Positions 36,960 to 47,417 are shown, counted from the stretch's first letter. The stretch is 64,000 nucleotides of DNA from an uncultured Solirubrobacterales bacterium (GCA_963728835.1 CAVSKZ010000003.1:90923-154922); one strand, 5' to 3'. Notes: generated by a model from the letters alone, not told the origin. Translations and numbers: made by a program.

Positions 36960-38082
36960 ATGCCAGTGAAATTCGGACTGTGGCGAGTCGACGGCGAGTC
37001 AATCGAGCGGGTTCCGACGAGCGGCGTTGCCAGCGAGGAGCGCCTGGAGGACATCCTTGAGGCGCGCATCGATCGGTCGACAGGTCGTCACCGACTTCGG
37101 CAAGCGCATCGACCTGTTGGCTATCGACGGCCAGGGTGACCTGCACGTCATCGAGCTGAAGAAGGACCGAACGCCGAGAGAGGTCGTAGCGCAGGCGCTG
37201 GAGTATGGGTTCTGGGTCCAGGGCCTCTCCTTCGAGGCCATCCGCGAGCTCTACGCGAAGCATCACGACGGAGAGGACTTCGACTCGGCATTCACCAGCC
37301 ACTTCGAGTCTGAAATCCCGGAGGCGGTCAACACAAGCCACCAGCTCGTCGTCGTCGCAACCGGAATGGATGCCAGCACTGAGCAGATCGTCGAGTACGT
37401 GCGCGGCTACGGCGTGCCGATCAATGTCCTGTTCTTCGAGTACCTCGCCGATGGTGGCCGCGAGTATCTGGCACGCTCGTGGCTCACCGACCCCGAGCTT
37501 GAGTCGTCAAGCAAAAGCGGCGGCAAGAAGCAGGCGCCTTGGAACGGCGTTGACTTCTTTGTCGCCGTGGGAGAGAACAACGAGAGGAACTGGGACGACA
37601 TGGTCCGCTACGGCTTTGTATCTGCCGGGCACGGAGACAAATACCGCAAGGCGATGGAGAGCCTCTTCGAGGGCGCCCGTGTTTGGGCTGCGATCCCAAG
37701 TAGCCGCGCCACGGGAGGCGCTCATGGCTATGTCGGGGTGGGCCGGGTGACGGCGCCTGCCGTCGGCGTGAACGACTTCGATGTTGAAGTCGCAGGCGCG
37801 ACTGTGAACGTCCTCCAAGCGCCGTTGGAGGCTACCAACATGGGCTGGGATGCCGATGACCCTCAGTTGTGCGAGTACCTCGTCAGGGTCGAGTGGATGA
37901 ATACTCGCCCCCGGGAGAAGGCGGTGTGGGAGAAGGGCATGTTCGCCAACCAGAATGTCGTGGCGAGGTTGCGGCAGCCGTTTACCTTGCAATGCCTCAA
38001 TGAAGTTTTCGATCTCGAAGAAGGGCTGGCGGACCCAGGGGTCACGCCCACGGCGGATAACAAGGAGTCGTTGAGCACATAG
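36960..38082 (+). CDS. PD-(D/E)XK (NucS/DUF91-like) nuclease fused to an EVE/PUA-like domain; 1-nt indel near 37065-37080
   Basis: MPVKFGLWRVDGESIERV...EERLEDILEARI | IGRQVVTDFGKRIDLLAIDGQGDLHVIELKKDRTPREVVAQALEYGFWV forms the nuclease core. The C-terminal WNGVDFFVAVGE...RYGFVSAGHGDKYRKAMESLFEGARVWAAIP...GYVGVGRVT resembles UPF0310/EVE domains. Confidence 0.65.
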
Positions 38083-38121
38083 CGCAGAGCCCCTGCCAAT
38101 CTGATTCCGCTTGCTGCTGCC

Positions 38122-38163
38122 ATGCCCGAGGAGGACTCGAACCCCCGACACGCGGATTACGAT
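38122..38163 (-). repeat. duplicated 3' half of tRNA-Met (att remnant)
   Basis: It aligns to 41229-41271 with 40 identical positions of 43 columns (one gap), counted by eye, from the anticodon loop to the acceptor end. No 5' half is present, so it is not a functional tRNA. Confidence 0.75.
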
Positions 38164-38290
38164 GGGCGACACGCAGGGGGTCTGACGGTTCTGGGAGCGG
38201 CTCTCAGCACGCCCCCCGGTTGTCGGGAATTCGCGCAAATCGGGTATTCGCGGTCGTAGGCCGTCCGGTCGAAGGGCTAGTCTCGCCCAG

Positions 38291-38515
38291 ATGAATGAGG
38301 CGAGCAGCAGCGAAGTCGAGAAGGTTCTTCTCTTCGTATCGGATGCGCGCGACCGGGCTGGCAAAGCGCGGGCTCGGCTACAGGCGGACGGTGCCGACCA
38401 GCATTTGATCGAGGCCTTGGAGCGCGCCGAGGCGTCGCTGGCCGAGACTCACCGCGACCTCATGCAGGGCACCTACTTCGCGGTGCCACGGCGCGAAAAG
38501 CAGCTCGCTCTCTAG
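38291..38515 (+). CDS. hypothetical 74-aa helical protein upstream of the MmeI-like gene
   Basis: The ORF ends 6 nt before the GTG of the MmeI-like gene. No motif recognised. Confidence 0.4.
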   Translation: MNEASSSEVEKVLLFVSDARDRAGKARARLQADGADQHLIEALERAEASLAETHRDLMQGTYFAVPRREKQLAL

Positions 38516-38521
38516 AAAGTC

Positions 38522-41270
38522 GTGTTGATCACCGGCGAGGAGATTCGCCGTCGCCTGACCGGGTTCGTCGAGAAGTGGTCGTCCTACCAGGGCTCCGAGC
38601 GCGCCGAGGCCCAAACCTTCCTCAACGAGCTTTTCGGCTGCTTTGGCACCGACCGTCAGGAGGTCGCCCGCTTCGAGGACCCTCAGCACAGAAGGTTCCT
38701 TGACCTGATCTGGGACCGTGTCTGCATCGTCGAGATGAAGCGGCCCAGCGAGGCTCAAAGGCTCGATCAGCATCGCCCTCAGGCGTTCGGCTATTGGCGA
38801 AATGCGGCCGACCCCGATCGCAACCTCCCGGCGCCCAGATGGCTCGTCCTCTGCGCATTCAGGCGATTCGAGATCTGGGAGCCAGGGTCGTTTCCCAATG
38901 AGCCACGAGCTGAATTCGAGCTTGGCGAACTTCCCGACCGACTCGACTCACTTCTGTTCTTGGCCGGCAGAGAACCCGTTTTCCTGTCGTTTCAGGAGGC
39001 GGTGACTCGCGAAGCGGTCAAGCATGTGACGGACCTTTACGCGGGGCTGCGCGAGCGTCGTGCGGCTGACTCAGATGTCTTGCGACTTCGTCCTGCAGAG
39101 CGTCTGGTGCATGTTCGCCGAGGACCTCGGCCAGCTCGAAGGCCATCTCTATACCCGTATCGTCGACGAGCTTCTGGCCAATCCGCAGCGATCGAGCGCG
39201 GATGACCTGGGTGGTCTATTTCGATGGCTCAATACGCCAGGGAACCGGCCCGACGGGGGGTTCTACGCCGAGACCCGATATGTGAACGGCGGACTTTTCG
39301 CTCATCCGGCTTTGGTTCATCTGGCGTCCGAGGAGTTGGAGCAGCTTCGCTCTGCCTGCGAGTTCAACTGGAAGCGCGTCGAGCCCCACATCTTCGGGTC
39401 GCTCCTGGAGGGGGCGCTTGGCCGAGAGTCCCAATGGATTCTCGGTGCCCACTACACGCACACGGTGGACATCATGAAGGTCATCGGTCCAAGCATCGTC
39501 GTTCCCTGGCGTGAGCGAATCGAGAACGCGGATACCGTCCGGCAGGCTCAGCAGCTTCAAAACGAGTTGCTCAACTACGTGGTACTCGATCCGGCCTGCG
39601 GCTCCGGGAATTTCCTCTACATCGCCTACCGCGAGTTGCGCCAGATCGAGAAGAGACTGAGGGTGCGGGAGCGGGAGCTGCGCCGCGAGTCCGGCATGCC
39701 CGACGCCGACGCGCTGAGTGCCTTCTTTCCGCTGCGGAATATTGCGGGGATTGAGATCAACGCTTTCGCCGTGGCGCTTGCGCGGGTCACGCTGTGGATG
39801 GGGCACAAGCTTGCGGTCGATGAACTTGATCTAGCCGAGTCCACCCTGCCGCTTGAGGATCTCGGCGGAATTCAGGCCGGCGATGCGCTCAGGATGCCTT
39901 GGCCGAGATGTGACGTAATCGTCAGTAATCCACCGTTCCACGGAGATCGAAACCTTCGTGGACTGCTCGGTGACGATTACGTCGAGTGGCTCAAAGAGGA
40001 GTTCGGCTGTGGCGTCAAAGATCACTGTGTCTACTGGTTTCGCATGGCGCAGGATCATCTGGAGCCTGGGCAGAGGGCTGGGATGGTCGGCACCAACTCG
40101 ATCAGCCAGAACCGAGCGCGGGGCGCGAGCCTCAACTACATCGTCGAATCCGGCGGGGTCATCATCGACGCCATCAGCTCGCAGGATTGGCCCGGGGGGG
40201 CAAACGTCGACGTCAGCATCGTCAACTGGATCAAGGGTCCTCTTTCGAACGAGCCACAGCGGGTTCTGGACGAGCGGCACGTCGATGGAATCGACACCGC
40301 CCTTCGGTCGTCGACGATTCCAGTTGCCGATGTTCCTCCGCTCAGCGCTAATCGGAACTTCGCGTTCCAGGGTTTCCTGCCCGGAGCAAAGTTCGACATT
40401 CCGGGTGAGGTGGCAGAGGAGCTGCTCGGACTGACGGATGCCGCGTACTCCGACGTCGTCTTGCCGTACCTGGATGGCCGAGACATTGCGCGGACGGTGG
40501 ATCAGCGGCCGACCCGCTACACGATTGACTTCGCACAGATGGAGCTGGAGGAAGCAATGCGCTACCCGGCGGCCCTTGAGATCGTCAGGGACCAGGCGAA
40601 GGACGCCAGGGAGTCGAGCAACTCCTACTCTCGAAATCCGCGCTGGTGGCAGTTTCTCTGGCCCCGGCCGGATTTCCGAGAGCGTGCGGCGGGTCTTCAG
40701 CGCTTTATTGCAGGCTCGGCCACAGCTAAGCGCATTTTCTTTATCTGGTGCGATCTGGGCTGGCGTCCGAGCAACAGCACCAACATCTTTGCCTTCGATT
40801 CCGATTACGCAATTGCTGTCTTGAGCTCGGCGATACATACGGAATGGGCGGGGGGACGTTCATCCACGCTTGAGGATCGCATCCGTTACACACCCAGCTC
40901 CGCATTCGAGACGTTTCCTTGGCCGTCCGTAGACGCGACCGAAGCCGGCGCCATCGGAGATGCCGGGCGGGCACTGCTTGCTCGACGCAGTGAGATCTGC
41001 AACGAAGCCGAGATCGGCCTCAACGAGCTTTACAACCGGCACGAGGAAGGCGCCTGGTCTGATTTGGGCGAATTGCATCGCCAGCTTGACCAGGCCGTGT
41101 TGAGCGCCTATGGCTGGAGTGATATCGGCGTCGATGACAACGTTGCCGTCAATCAGAGGCTCTTTGCCCTAAGCCGCGCGATTCAAGGCGGCCATGTCGA
41201 ATATGCCGGGCCGAACGCTGCCAATGCGATGCCGGAGGAGGGACTCGAACCCCCGACACGCGGATTATGA
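38522..41270 (+). CDS. MmeI-family type IIL restriction-modification enzyme (endonuclease + N6-adenine methyltransferase + TRD); 1-nt indel near 39080-39086
   Basis: N-terminal D-x9-E-x-K (DLIWDRVCIVEMK), helical spacer (CMFAEDLG), MTase motif I VLDPACGSGNFL and motif IV VSNPPF, followed by a long TRD/C-terminal region. The last codons read through the tRNA 3' half. The track splits it into 38522..39205 and 39060..41270. Confidence 0.8.
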
Positions 41271-41303
41271 TTCCGCTGCTCTAACCAGCTGAGCTACTCC
41301 GGC
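41230..41303 (-). tRNA. tRNA-Met (anticodon CAT), elongator type (a tRNA-Ile2 identity cannot be excluded)
   Basis: Hand-folded: acceptor GCCGGAG/CTCCGGC, D arm GCTC-AGCTGGTTA-GAGC, anticodon stem GCGGA/TCCGC with loop AT-CAT-AA, T arm GGGGG-TTCGAGT-CCCTC, discriminator A. It lacks initiator features. Confidence 0.88.
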
Positions 41304-41387
41304 GGGGAGTGGATCGTAGCGATGGAGGGGCGGCTCTCGCCGGGGCGCGCTCCGCGGCGAATGAGGCCTTAGGCTTAGCCTTGGGAC

Positions 41388-42335
41388 ATGACGCAGGAGC
41401 TGGACAGGGCGGTGAGGACGGTTCTGCGGGATTGCCTGCGGATCGAACCTGGCGAAGAGGTGCTGGTGATCTGCAACCCGGTCACCGAGGACATCGGCGC
41501 CCTGATGCGGATCGAGGCCGAGGGGGATGGGGCGTTCGCCACCCTTGCGGTGATCTCCGAGCTCGACTCCAACGGGGCCGAGCCGCCGACGCCGGTCGCG
41601 GCTGCGATGGTCGCCGCCGAAGTCGTGCTGGCGCCGACGATCCAGTCGCTCTCCCACACCAACGCGCGCCGCGCCGCGACCCAGGCGGGTGTGCGGATCG
41701 CGACGCTGCCGGGCGTGACCGAGGACATGCTGGCACGGCTGATGAACGCCGACATGCGCACCCTGCGGCGGCGAGGAGCGGCGATTGCGGCCGCGCTGCG
41801 CAGCGGCGAGGAGGCGCGGATCACCTGCCGGCACGGCAGCGACCTGCGGCTCGGGCTGAAGGACCGGATCCCGATCGCCGACGCCGGCGTGCTCAACGCT
41901 CCGGGCGCATTCGGCAACCTGCCCTGCGGAGAGGCCTTCGTCGCTCCCACCACCGCCGAGGGGACGCTGGTCGTCGACGGCTCGATCGCCGGCGTGGGAA
42001 AGGTCGAGACCCCGGTCGAGCTGACTGTGCGCGACGGTCACCTGATCGACGCGACCGGCCCCGAGGGCGCGGCGCTGCTCGAAATGCTGACCCTGCACGG
42101 CGAGGACGGCACCAACGTCGCCGAGCTGGGCATCGGCACCAACGAAGAGGCCACTTTGACCGGCAACATCCTCGAGGACGAGAAGATCCTCGGCACCGCC
42201 CACGTCGCCTTCGGCGCCTCGGCTGCGATCGGCGGCACCGTCCAGGTCCCCGTCCACCTCGACTGCGTGATCGTCGAGCCGACCGTGGAAGTGGACGGCA
42301 AGGAGATCGTCCGCGGCGGCCAGCTGCTCGTCTGA
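41388..42335 (+). CDS. M29-family aminopeptidase-like protein
   Basis: GNLPCGEAFVAP, VVDGSI and LGIGTN..A.LTGNILEDEKILGTAHVAFG resemble aminopeptidase T / NicX-like proteins. Confidence 0.6.
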   Translation: MTQELDRAVRTVLRDCLRIEPGEEVLVICNPVTEDIGALMRIEAEGDGAFATLAVISELDSNGAEPPTPVAAAMVAAEVVLAPTIQSLSHTNARRAATQAGVRIATLPGVTEDMLARLMNADMRTLRRRGAAIAAALRSGEEARITCRHGSDLRLGLKDRIPIADAGVLNAPGAFGNLPCGEAFVAPTTAEGTLVVDGSIAGVGKVETPVELTVRDGHLIDATGPEGAALLEMLTLHGEDGTNVAELGIGTNEEATLTGNILEDEKILGTAHVAFGASAAIGGTVQVPVHLDCVIVEPTVEVDGKEIVRGGQLLV

Positions 42336-42338
42336 CCG

Positions 42339-43229
42339 GTGACGCCCGCCTTCCTCGCCGTCCCGAACGTCTCCGAGGGGCGGGACTCCGGTCGCATCGC
42401 CGGCCTGCGGAGCGCGTTTGGGCGGGGGGCCGCCCTGCTCGACCTCCACTCCGACGCCGATCATCACCGCACCGTGCTCACGCTGGCGGCGGACCAGGCG
42501 CCGCTTCGCGACGCGCTCCTCTCCGGCGCCGCGCAGGCGATCGAGACCGTCGACATGAACGGCTACGACGGGCTGCACCCGGCGGTCGGGGCGCTCGACG
42601 TCTGCCCGGTCGTCTGGCTCGACCCCGCCGACCGCGACGCCGCCCGCGCCGAGGCGGTCGAGCTCGCGGCGCAGATCGGCGGCCTCGGCGTCCCGGTCTT
42701 CCTCTACGGCGACCTGGCCCACCGCCCCGAGCACGCCGAGCGCGCCTACTTCCGCAACGGCGGGCTCGCCGAGCTCTGGCTGCGGATGGAGGGCGGGGAG
42801 CTTCGCCCCGATCACGGGCCTGCCTTCCCCCACCGCACGGCGGGCGTGACGCTGGTGACCGCGCGCCCTCCCCTGGCGGCCTTCAACGTCGAGCTCGACA
42901 GCGGAGACCCCGAGCTCGCCGGCTCCGTCGCCGCGGGCCTGCGCGAGTCCGGTGGCGGCCTGCCGGGCGTGCGAGCGTTGGGGCTGGTGCTCTCCAGCGG
43001 CCGCGCCCAGGTCTCGGCCAACGTCCACGATCCCTTTGCCGTGCCGCTGGCGGAGGTGGTCGAGCGCGTCGAAATGCTGGCCGCCCCGCTCGGCGCACGC
43101 CCGGTCGAAGCCGAGGTCGTCGGGCTGGTCCCGGCGGCGGCCCTCGCGGGCTATCCCTCCGGGGTGCCGATTCGCGACTTCGATCCCGCCGCGCAGACGA
43201 TCGAGGGGCGCCTGCGGCCCGCCGCTTGA
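42339..43229 (+). CDS. glutamate formimidoyltransferase
   Basis: The AVPNVSEGR N-terminal signature and a length of about 296 aa match the formiminotransferase domain of FtcD. Confidence 0.75.
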   Translation: MTPAFLAVPNVSEGRDSGRIAGLRSAFGRGAALLDLHSDADHHRTVLTLAADQAPLRDALLSGAAQAIETVDMNGYDGLHPAVGALDVCPVVWLDPADRDAARAEAVELAAQIGGLGVPVFLYGDLAHRPEHAERAYFRNGGLAELWLRMEGGELRPDHGPAFPHRTAGVTLVTARPPLAAFNVELDSGDPELAGSVAAGLRESGGGLPGVRALGLVLSSGRAQVSANVHDPFAVPLAEVVERVEMLAAPLGARPVEAEVVGLVPAAALAGYPSGVPIRDFDPAAQTIEGRLRPAA

Positions 43230-43254
43230 GCGCTCCGAACGCTAGATTCAGCTG

Positions 43255-43626
43255 ATGGCACAGACCAAGAAGAAGCGCCGCCGCAAGCACCGCGGCACCC
43301 AGGGGGGCCGTGTCGACGCCAACCGCAGGCCCTCGCGCCCGCGCAGCCGCGCCGAGGCGAAAGCCCGCGCCCGCGCCGGCACCAAGAAGAAGGGCGCGCC
43401 GCGGGGTGACCAGCCGCCGACCTGGCGCAGCGCGATCACCCGCGGGCTGGTGGCGGCCGTCATCTTCACCGTCCTGCTCCTGCTGATCTTCAAACGCTCG
43501 CTCGGCTCCGCGCTCGGTCTCGGCGCCTTCATGCTCGCGTTCTACATCCCCGCGGGCTACTACATGGACATGCTGATGTGGCGACGCCGGGAGCGGGCGC
43601 GGATACGCGCTGCCGAAAGACCGTGA
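43255..43626 (+). CDS. membrane protein with highly basic N-terminus (hypothetical)
   Basis: MAQTKKKRRRKHRG... followed by two TM helices; good GC3. Confidence 0.55.
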   Translation: MAQTKKKRRRKHRGTQGGRVDANRRPSRPRSRAEAKARARAGTKKKGAPRGDQPPTWRSAITRGLVAAVIFTVLLLLIFKRSLGSALGLGAFMLAFYIPAGYYMDMLMWRRRERARIRAAERP

Positions 43627-44267
43627 ACCTCGACATCCGCCAGCTAACGGTTGGCGCGATTGCCGAGAACTGCTTCATCGTCCGTCGCGAAGGCTCCGGC
43701 AAAGGGTTCGTCGTCGATCCGGGCGAGGAGCCGGACCGGATCCTGGCCGAGATCGACGAGATCGGGGTGAAGATCGAGGCCATCCTGGTCACCCACTGCC
43801 ATTTCGACCACATCGGCGCCGTCGCCCCGGTCGCGAAAATGACCGGTGCTCCCGTCTACTGCCCGAAGCTCGAGGTTCCGGTGCTCGCGGACATCATGTC
43901 CTTCGTGCCGATCGGCGGCTTCGGCCCATACGAGAGCTATGAGGCCGACGTGGCGGTGGAGGGCGGGGAGAGTCTCGATCTGGCGGGGCTCGCTCTCGAC
44001 GTCATCTTCACCCCGGGCCACAGTCCCGGCCACGTCACCTACTCGGTCCGCGACCACGACACGATCTTCTCCGGCGACGTGCTCTTCCAGGGCTCGGTCG
44101 GGCGGGTCGACCTGCCGGGGGGGGACGGGCCGACCCTGATGCGGTCGATCCGCACCCTGGTCGAGTCCCTGCCGCCGGAGACCGGTGTGTACCCCGGGCA
44201 TATGGGAGTCACGACGCTGGGGGCCGAGCGGGCGACGAACCCCTTTCTCGCCCAGCTCTCGGGGTAG
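43623..44267 (+). CDS. MBL-fold metallo-hydrolase (glyoxalase II-like)
   Basis: VTHCHFDHIG metal motif, TPGHSPGH and GDVLF..S.GR.DLPGGD. GTG at 43623 overlaps the upstream stop. Confidence 0.85.
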   Translation: MNLDIRQLTVGAIAENCFIVRREGSGKGFVVDPGEEPDRILAEIDEIGVKIEAILVTHCHFDHIGAVAPVAKMTGAPVYCPKLEVPVLADIMSFVPIGGFGPYESYEADVAVEGGESLDLAGLALDVIFTPGHSPGHVTYSVRDHDTIFSGDVLFQGSVGRVDLPGGDGPTLMRSIRTLVESLPPETGVYPGHMGVTTLGAERATNPFLAQLSG

Positions 44268-44294
44268 GGCGCAGGCCGGTAAGGTCGCGGCACT

Positions 44295-45548
44295 GTGGCG
44301 GCGCTCAGGTACCAAGCCCCTCGCGGGACGTTCGACGTCCTGCCGGCTGCTGCCCGCACCCGCGAGAGGATCGTGGAGACCGCCGCGACGATCTTCGCCC
44401 GCGCCGGCTACGAGCCGATCGCCACTCCCAGCTTCGAGGACACGGAGCTGTTCGAGCGCGGCGTCGGCCACTCCACCGACATCGTCCGCAAGGAGATGTT
44501 CACCTTCGAGGACAAGGGGGGGCGCAGCCTCACCCTGCGCCCGGAGGGGACCGCGCCGATCTGCCGCGCCTACGTCGAGCACGGGATGCACAAGCTCGCG
44601 CAGCCCGTGAAGCTCTCCTACGCCGGCCCGTTCTTCCGCCACGAGCGCCCCCAGGCCGGGCGCTACCGGCAGTTCCACCAGCTCGGGGTCGAGGCGATCG
44701 GCAGCGACGCGCCGCTCGCCGACGCGGAGGCGATCGGGCTCTTCGCCGAACTCGTCGCCGAGCTCGGTGTCCCGGGGGTCGAGCTGCGGCTGGGAAGCCT
44801 GGGTTCGCTCAGCGCCCGCGAGGCCTACCTGGAGGAGCTGAAGGCGTACCTGCGCGCCCACGAAGGCGAGCTTTCCAGGGAGGTGCGCGAGCGGATCGAG
44901 GCCAACCCGCTGCGCGCCTTCGATTCAGACGACGAGGGCACCCGCGCAGCGATGGCGTCGGCGCCGAAGCTTCTCGAGCGCCTCGAGGACGATGACGCTG
45001 AGCATTTCGCGGAGGTGCGGGCCCTGCTTGACGCCGCGGGGGTCGAGTACGAGATCGACCCGACGCTGGTGCGAGGCCTCGACTACTACACGAGGACGAT
45101 CTTCTCCTTCGTATGCGACCGCCTCGGCGCCCAGTCGGAGATCGGCGGCGGCGGTCGCTACGACGGCCTGGTCGAGCAGCTGGGCGGACCGCCGGCGCCG
45201 GCGATCGGGTGGGCCGCGGGAATCGAGCGGATCGCGCTGTCGCTCGAGGAGGAGGAGACGTCAGCCGGGCGAGACGTCTTCGTCGCCACGGCCGAGGAGG
45301 AAGACGACCGGCGCGCCCTGGCTCTGCTCCTGGCGGGGGAACTGCGCAAGGCGGGGCTCTCGGCCGAGGTCGACCTGGGTGGGCGCGGCCTCAAGGGCCA
45401 GCTCAAGCACGCCGACCGCCTCGGCGCCCGCCGGGTGCTGATCCTCGAAGACGCCGGGGCGGCCCAGTTGCGCGACATGCAAAGCGGCGAGCAACGCCCG
45501 GTCGACACGGGCAACCTGATCGAGGAGATCACAGGGGGGCGGCTGTGA
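44295..45548 (+). CDS. hisS: histidine--tRNA ligase
   Basis: RGTFDVLP, MFTFEDKGGRSLTLRPEGTAP, YRQFHQLGVE, GGGRYDGL and a C-terminal anticodon-binding domain. Confidence 0.93.
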   Translation: MAALRYQAPRGTFDVLPAAARTRERIVETAATIFARAGYEPIATPSFEDTELFERGVGHSTDIVRKEMFTFEDKGGRSLTLRPEGTAPICRAYVEHGMHKLAQPVKLSYAGPFFRHERPQAGRYRQFHQLGVEAIGSDAPLADAEAIGLFAELVAELGVPGVELRLGSLGSLSAREAYLEELKAYLRAHEGELSREVRERIEANPLRAFDSDDEGTRAAMASAPKLLERLEDDDAEHFAEVRALLDAAGVEYEIDPTLVRGLDYYTRTIFSFVCDRLGAQSEIGGGGRYDGLVEQLGGPPAPAIGWAAGIERIALSLEEEETSAGRDVFVATAEEEDDRRALALLLAGELRKAGLSAEVDLGGRGLKGQLKHADRLGARRVLILEDAGAAQLRDMQSGEQRPVDTGNLIEEITGGRL

Positions 45549-45612
45549 TCGCGGAGCGACCAAGCGTGCATATCTGGTTCTTCGCGCCGGGAGCGAAGCG
45601 GAGGTATTTGCG

Positions 45613-47410
45613 ATGACCGAGGTCCCGGCGCTGAAGCCGAATGGATACCGCGACGCGTGGTGCGGCCAGGTGCTGCCCGACCGGGTCGGCTCCGAGGTCC
45701 GCGTCGCCGGCTGGGTTCACCGCCGCCGCGACCACGGCGGCCTGGTCTTCGTCGACCTGCGCGACCGCACCGGCATCGTCCAGCTCGTCTTCAACCCCGA
45801 CGAGGCCGGCGGTGCCTTCGAGCTCGGGCACGAGCTGCGCGCGGAGCACGTGCTGTCGGCGACCGGCACCGTCGTCCAGCGCTCTGCCGAGACCGTCAAC
45901 GCCGATCTGCCGACGGGAGAGGTCGAGCTCGAAGGTGAGCGCCGCGGAGCTGCTCGCCGAGGCCGAGACGCCGCCCTTCCAGGTCGAGGGCTTCGCCGGC
46001 GAGGTGGGCGAGGACGCCAGAATGCGCCACCGCTACCTCGACCTGCGCCGCGAGCAGATGCGCGAGGCGCTCGAACTCCGGCACCGGGTCGTCGCGGCGA
46101 TACGCGAGTTCCTCGACGGCGAGGGCTTCCTCGACATCGAGACGCCGATGCTGACCCGCTCGACGCCGGAGGGCGCACGCGACTTCCTCGTCCCCAGCCG
46201 CCTCCAGCACGGCTCTTTCTACGCCCTGCCCCAGTCCCCGCAGCTCTTCAAGCAGCTGCTGATGGTGGCCGGCTTCGAGCGCTACTACCAGATCCCGCGC
46301 TGCTTTCGCGACGAGGCGACCCGGGCCGACCGCCAGGCCGAGTTCACGCAGCTCGACGTCGAGATGTCCTTCGTCCACGCGGAGGACGTGATCGAGCTCA
46401 ACGAACGGATGCTCGCGCACGTCTTCGAGCGGGTCGACGGCCCCCCCGTGAAGCTGCCGATGGAGCGGATGCCCTACGACGAGGCGATGGAGCGCTTCGG
46501 CACCGACCGGCCCGACCTGCGCTTCGGCCTCGAGCTGGTCGACCTCGGCGAGGCGCTGCGCGAGACCGAGTTCAAGGTCTTCCGTTCGGTGATCGAGGGC
46601 GGCGGGGCGGTGCGGGGGCTCAACGCGGGCCGCCGTGAGATGCCCCGCTCCGAGCTCGACGGGCTCATCTCGCGCGCCCAGGAGCTGGGGGCCAAGGGCC
46701 TCGTCTGGGCATTTCGCGAGGGCGATGGATGGCGCTCGCCGACGGCGAAGTTCCTCTCCGGCGAGGAGCTGCGCGAGCTCAACGACCGCCTTGGCGCTGA
46801 GGAGGGCGACCTGCTGCTGCTGGTGGCCGACGAGCGGGCGGTCACCGACGCGGTCCTTGGCCAGATGCGGGTCGACCTGGCCGAGCGTTTCGGCCTGATC
46901 GAGGAGGGCGAGGACCGCCTGGTTTGGATCGTCGACTGGCCGCTGATGGAGTGGAACGCCGGGGAGGGTCGCTGGGACTCCCTGCACCACCCGTTCACGG
47001 CGCCGGCGGGCGAGTTCGACCCCGAGAACCCGGGCGCGGCCCGCGCGCTCGCCTACGACGTGGTCCTGAACGGCCAGGAGCTGGGCGGCGGCTCGATCCG
47101 CATCAACCGTGCCGACATGCAGAAGGCGGTCTTCGCGGCGCTGGGGATCGACGCCGAGGAGGCGGAGGCGCGTTTCGGCTTCCTGCTCGAGGCGCTGCGC
47201 TATGGGGCCCCGCCGCACGGCGGCATCGCCTACGGCATCGACCGCATCGTGCAGCGCCTGTATGGGGCCGAGACCATTCGCGACGTGATCGCCTTCCCCA
47301 AGACCGCGTCGGGATTCGACCTGCTGACCGGCGCTCCGGCGCCCGTCGACGAGATGCAGCTGAAGGAGCTGGGGATCTCGATTCACCAGCGCAAGCTCGC
47401 CGGCCACTAG
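45613..47410 (+). CDS. aspS: aspartate--tRNA ligase; 1-nt insertion near 45934
   Basis: OB-fold N-terminus (VRVAGWVHRRRDHGGLVFVDLRDRTG), then after the frame change RYLDLRR, FLDIETPMLTRSTPEGARDF, QSPQLFKQLLM, FRDE..RADRQ.EFTQLD, GGGSIRI and PPHGGIAYGIDR. The track splits it into 45613.. and 45641..47410. Confidence 0.92.
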
Positions 47411-47417
47411 GCACGAG

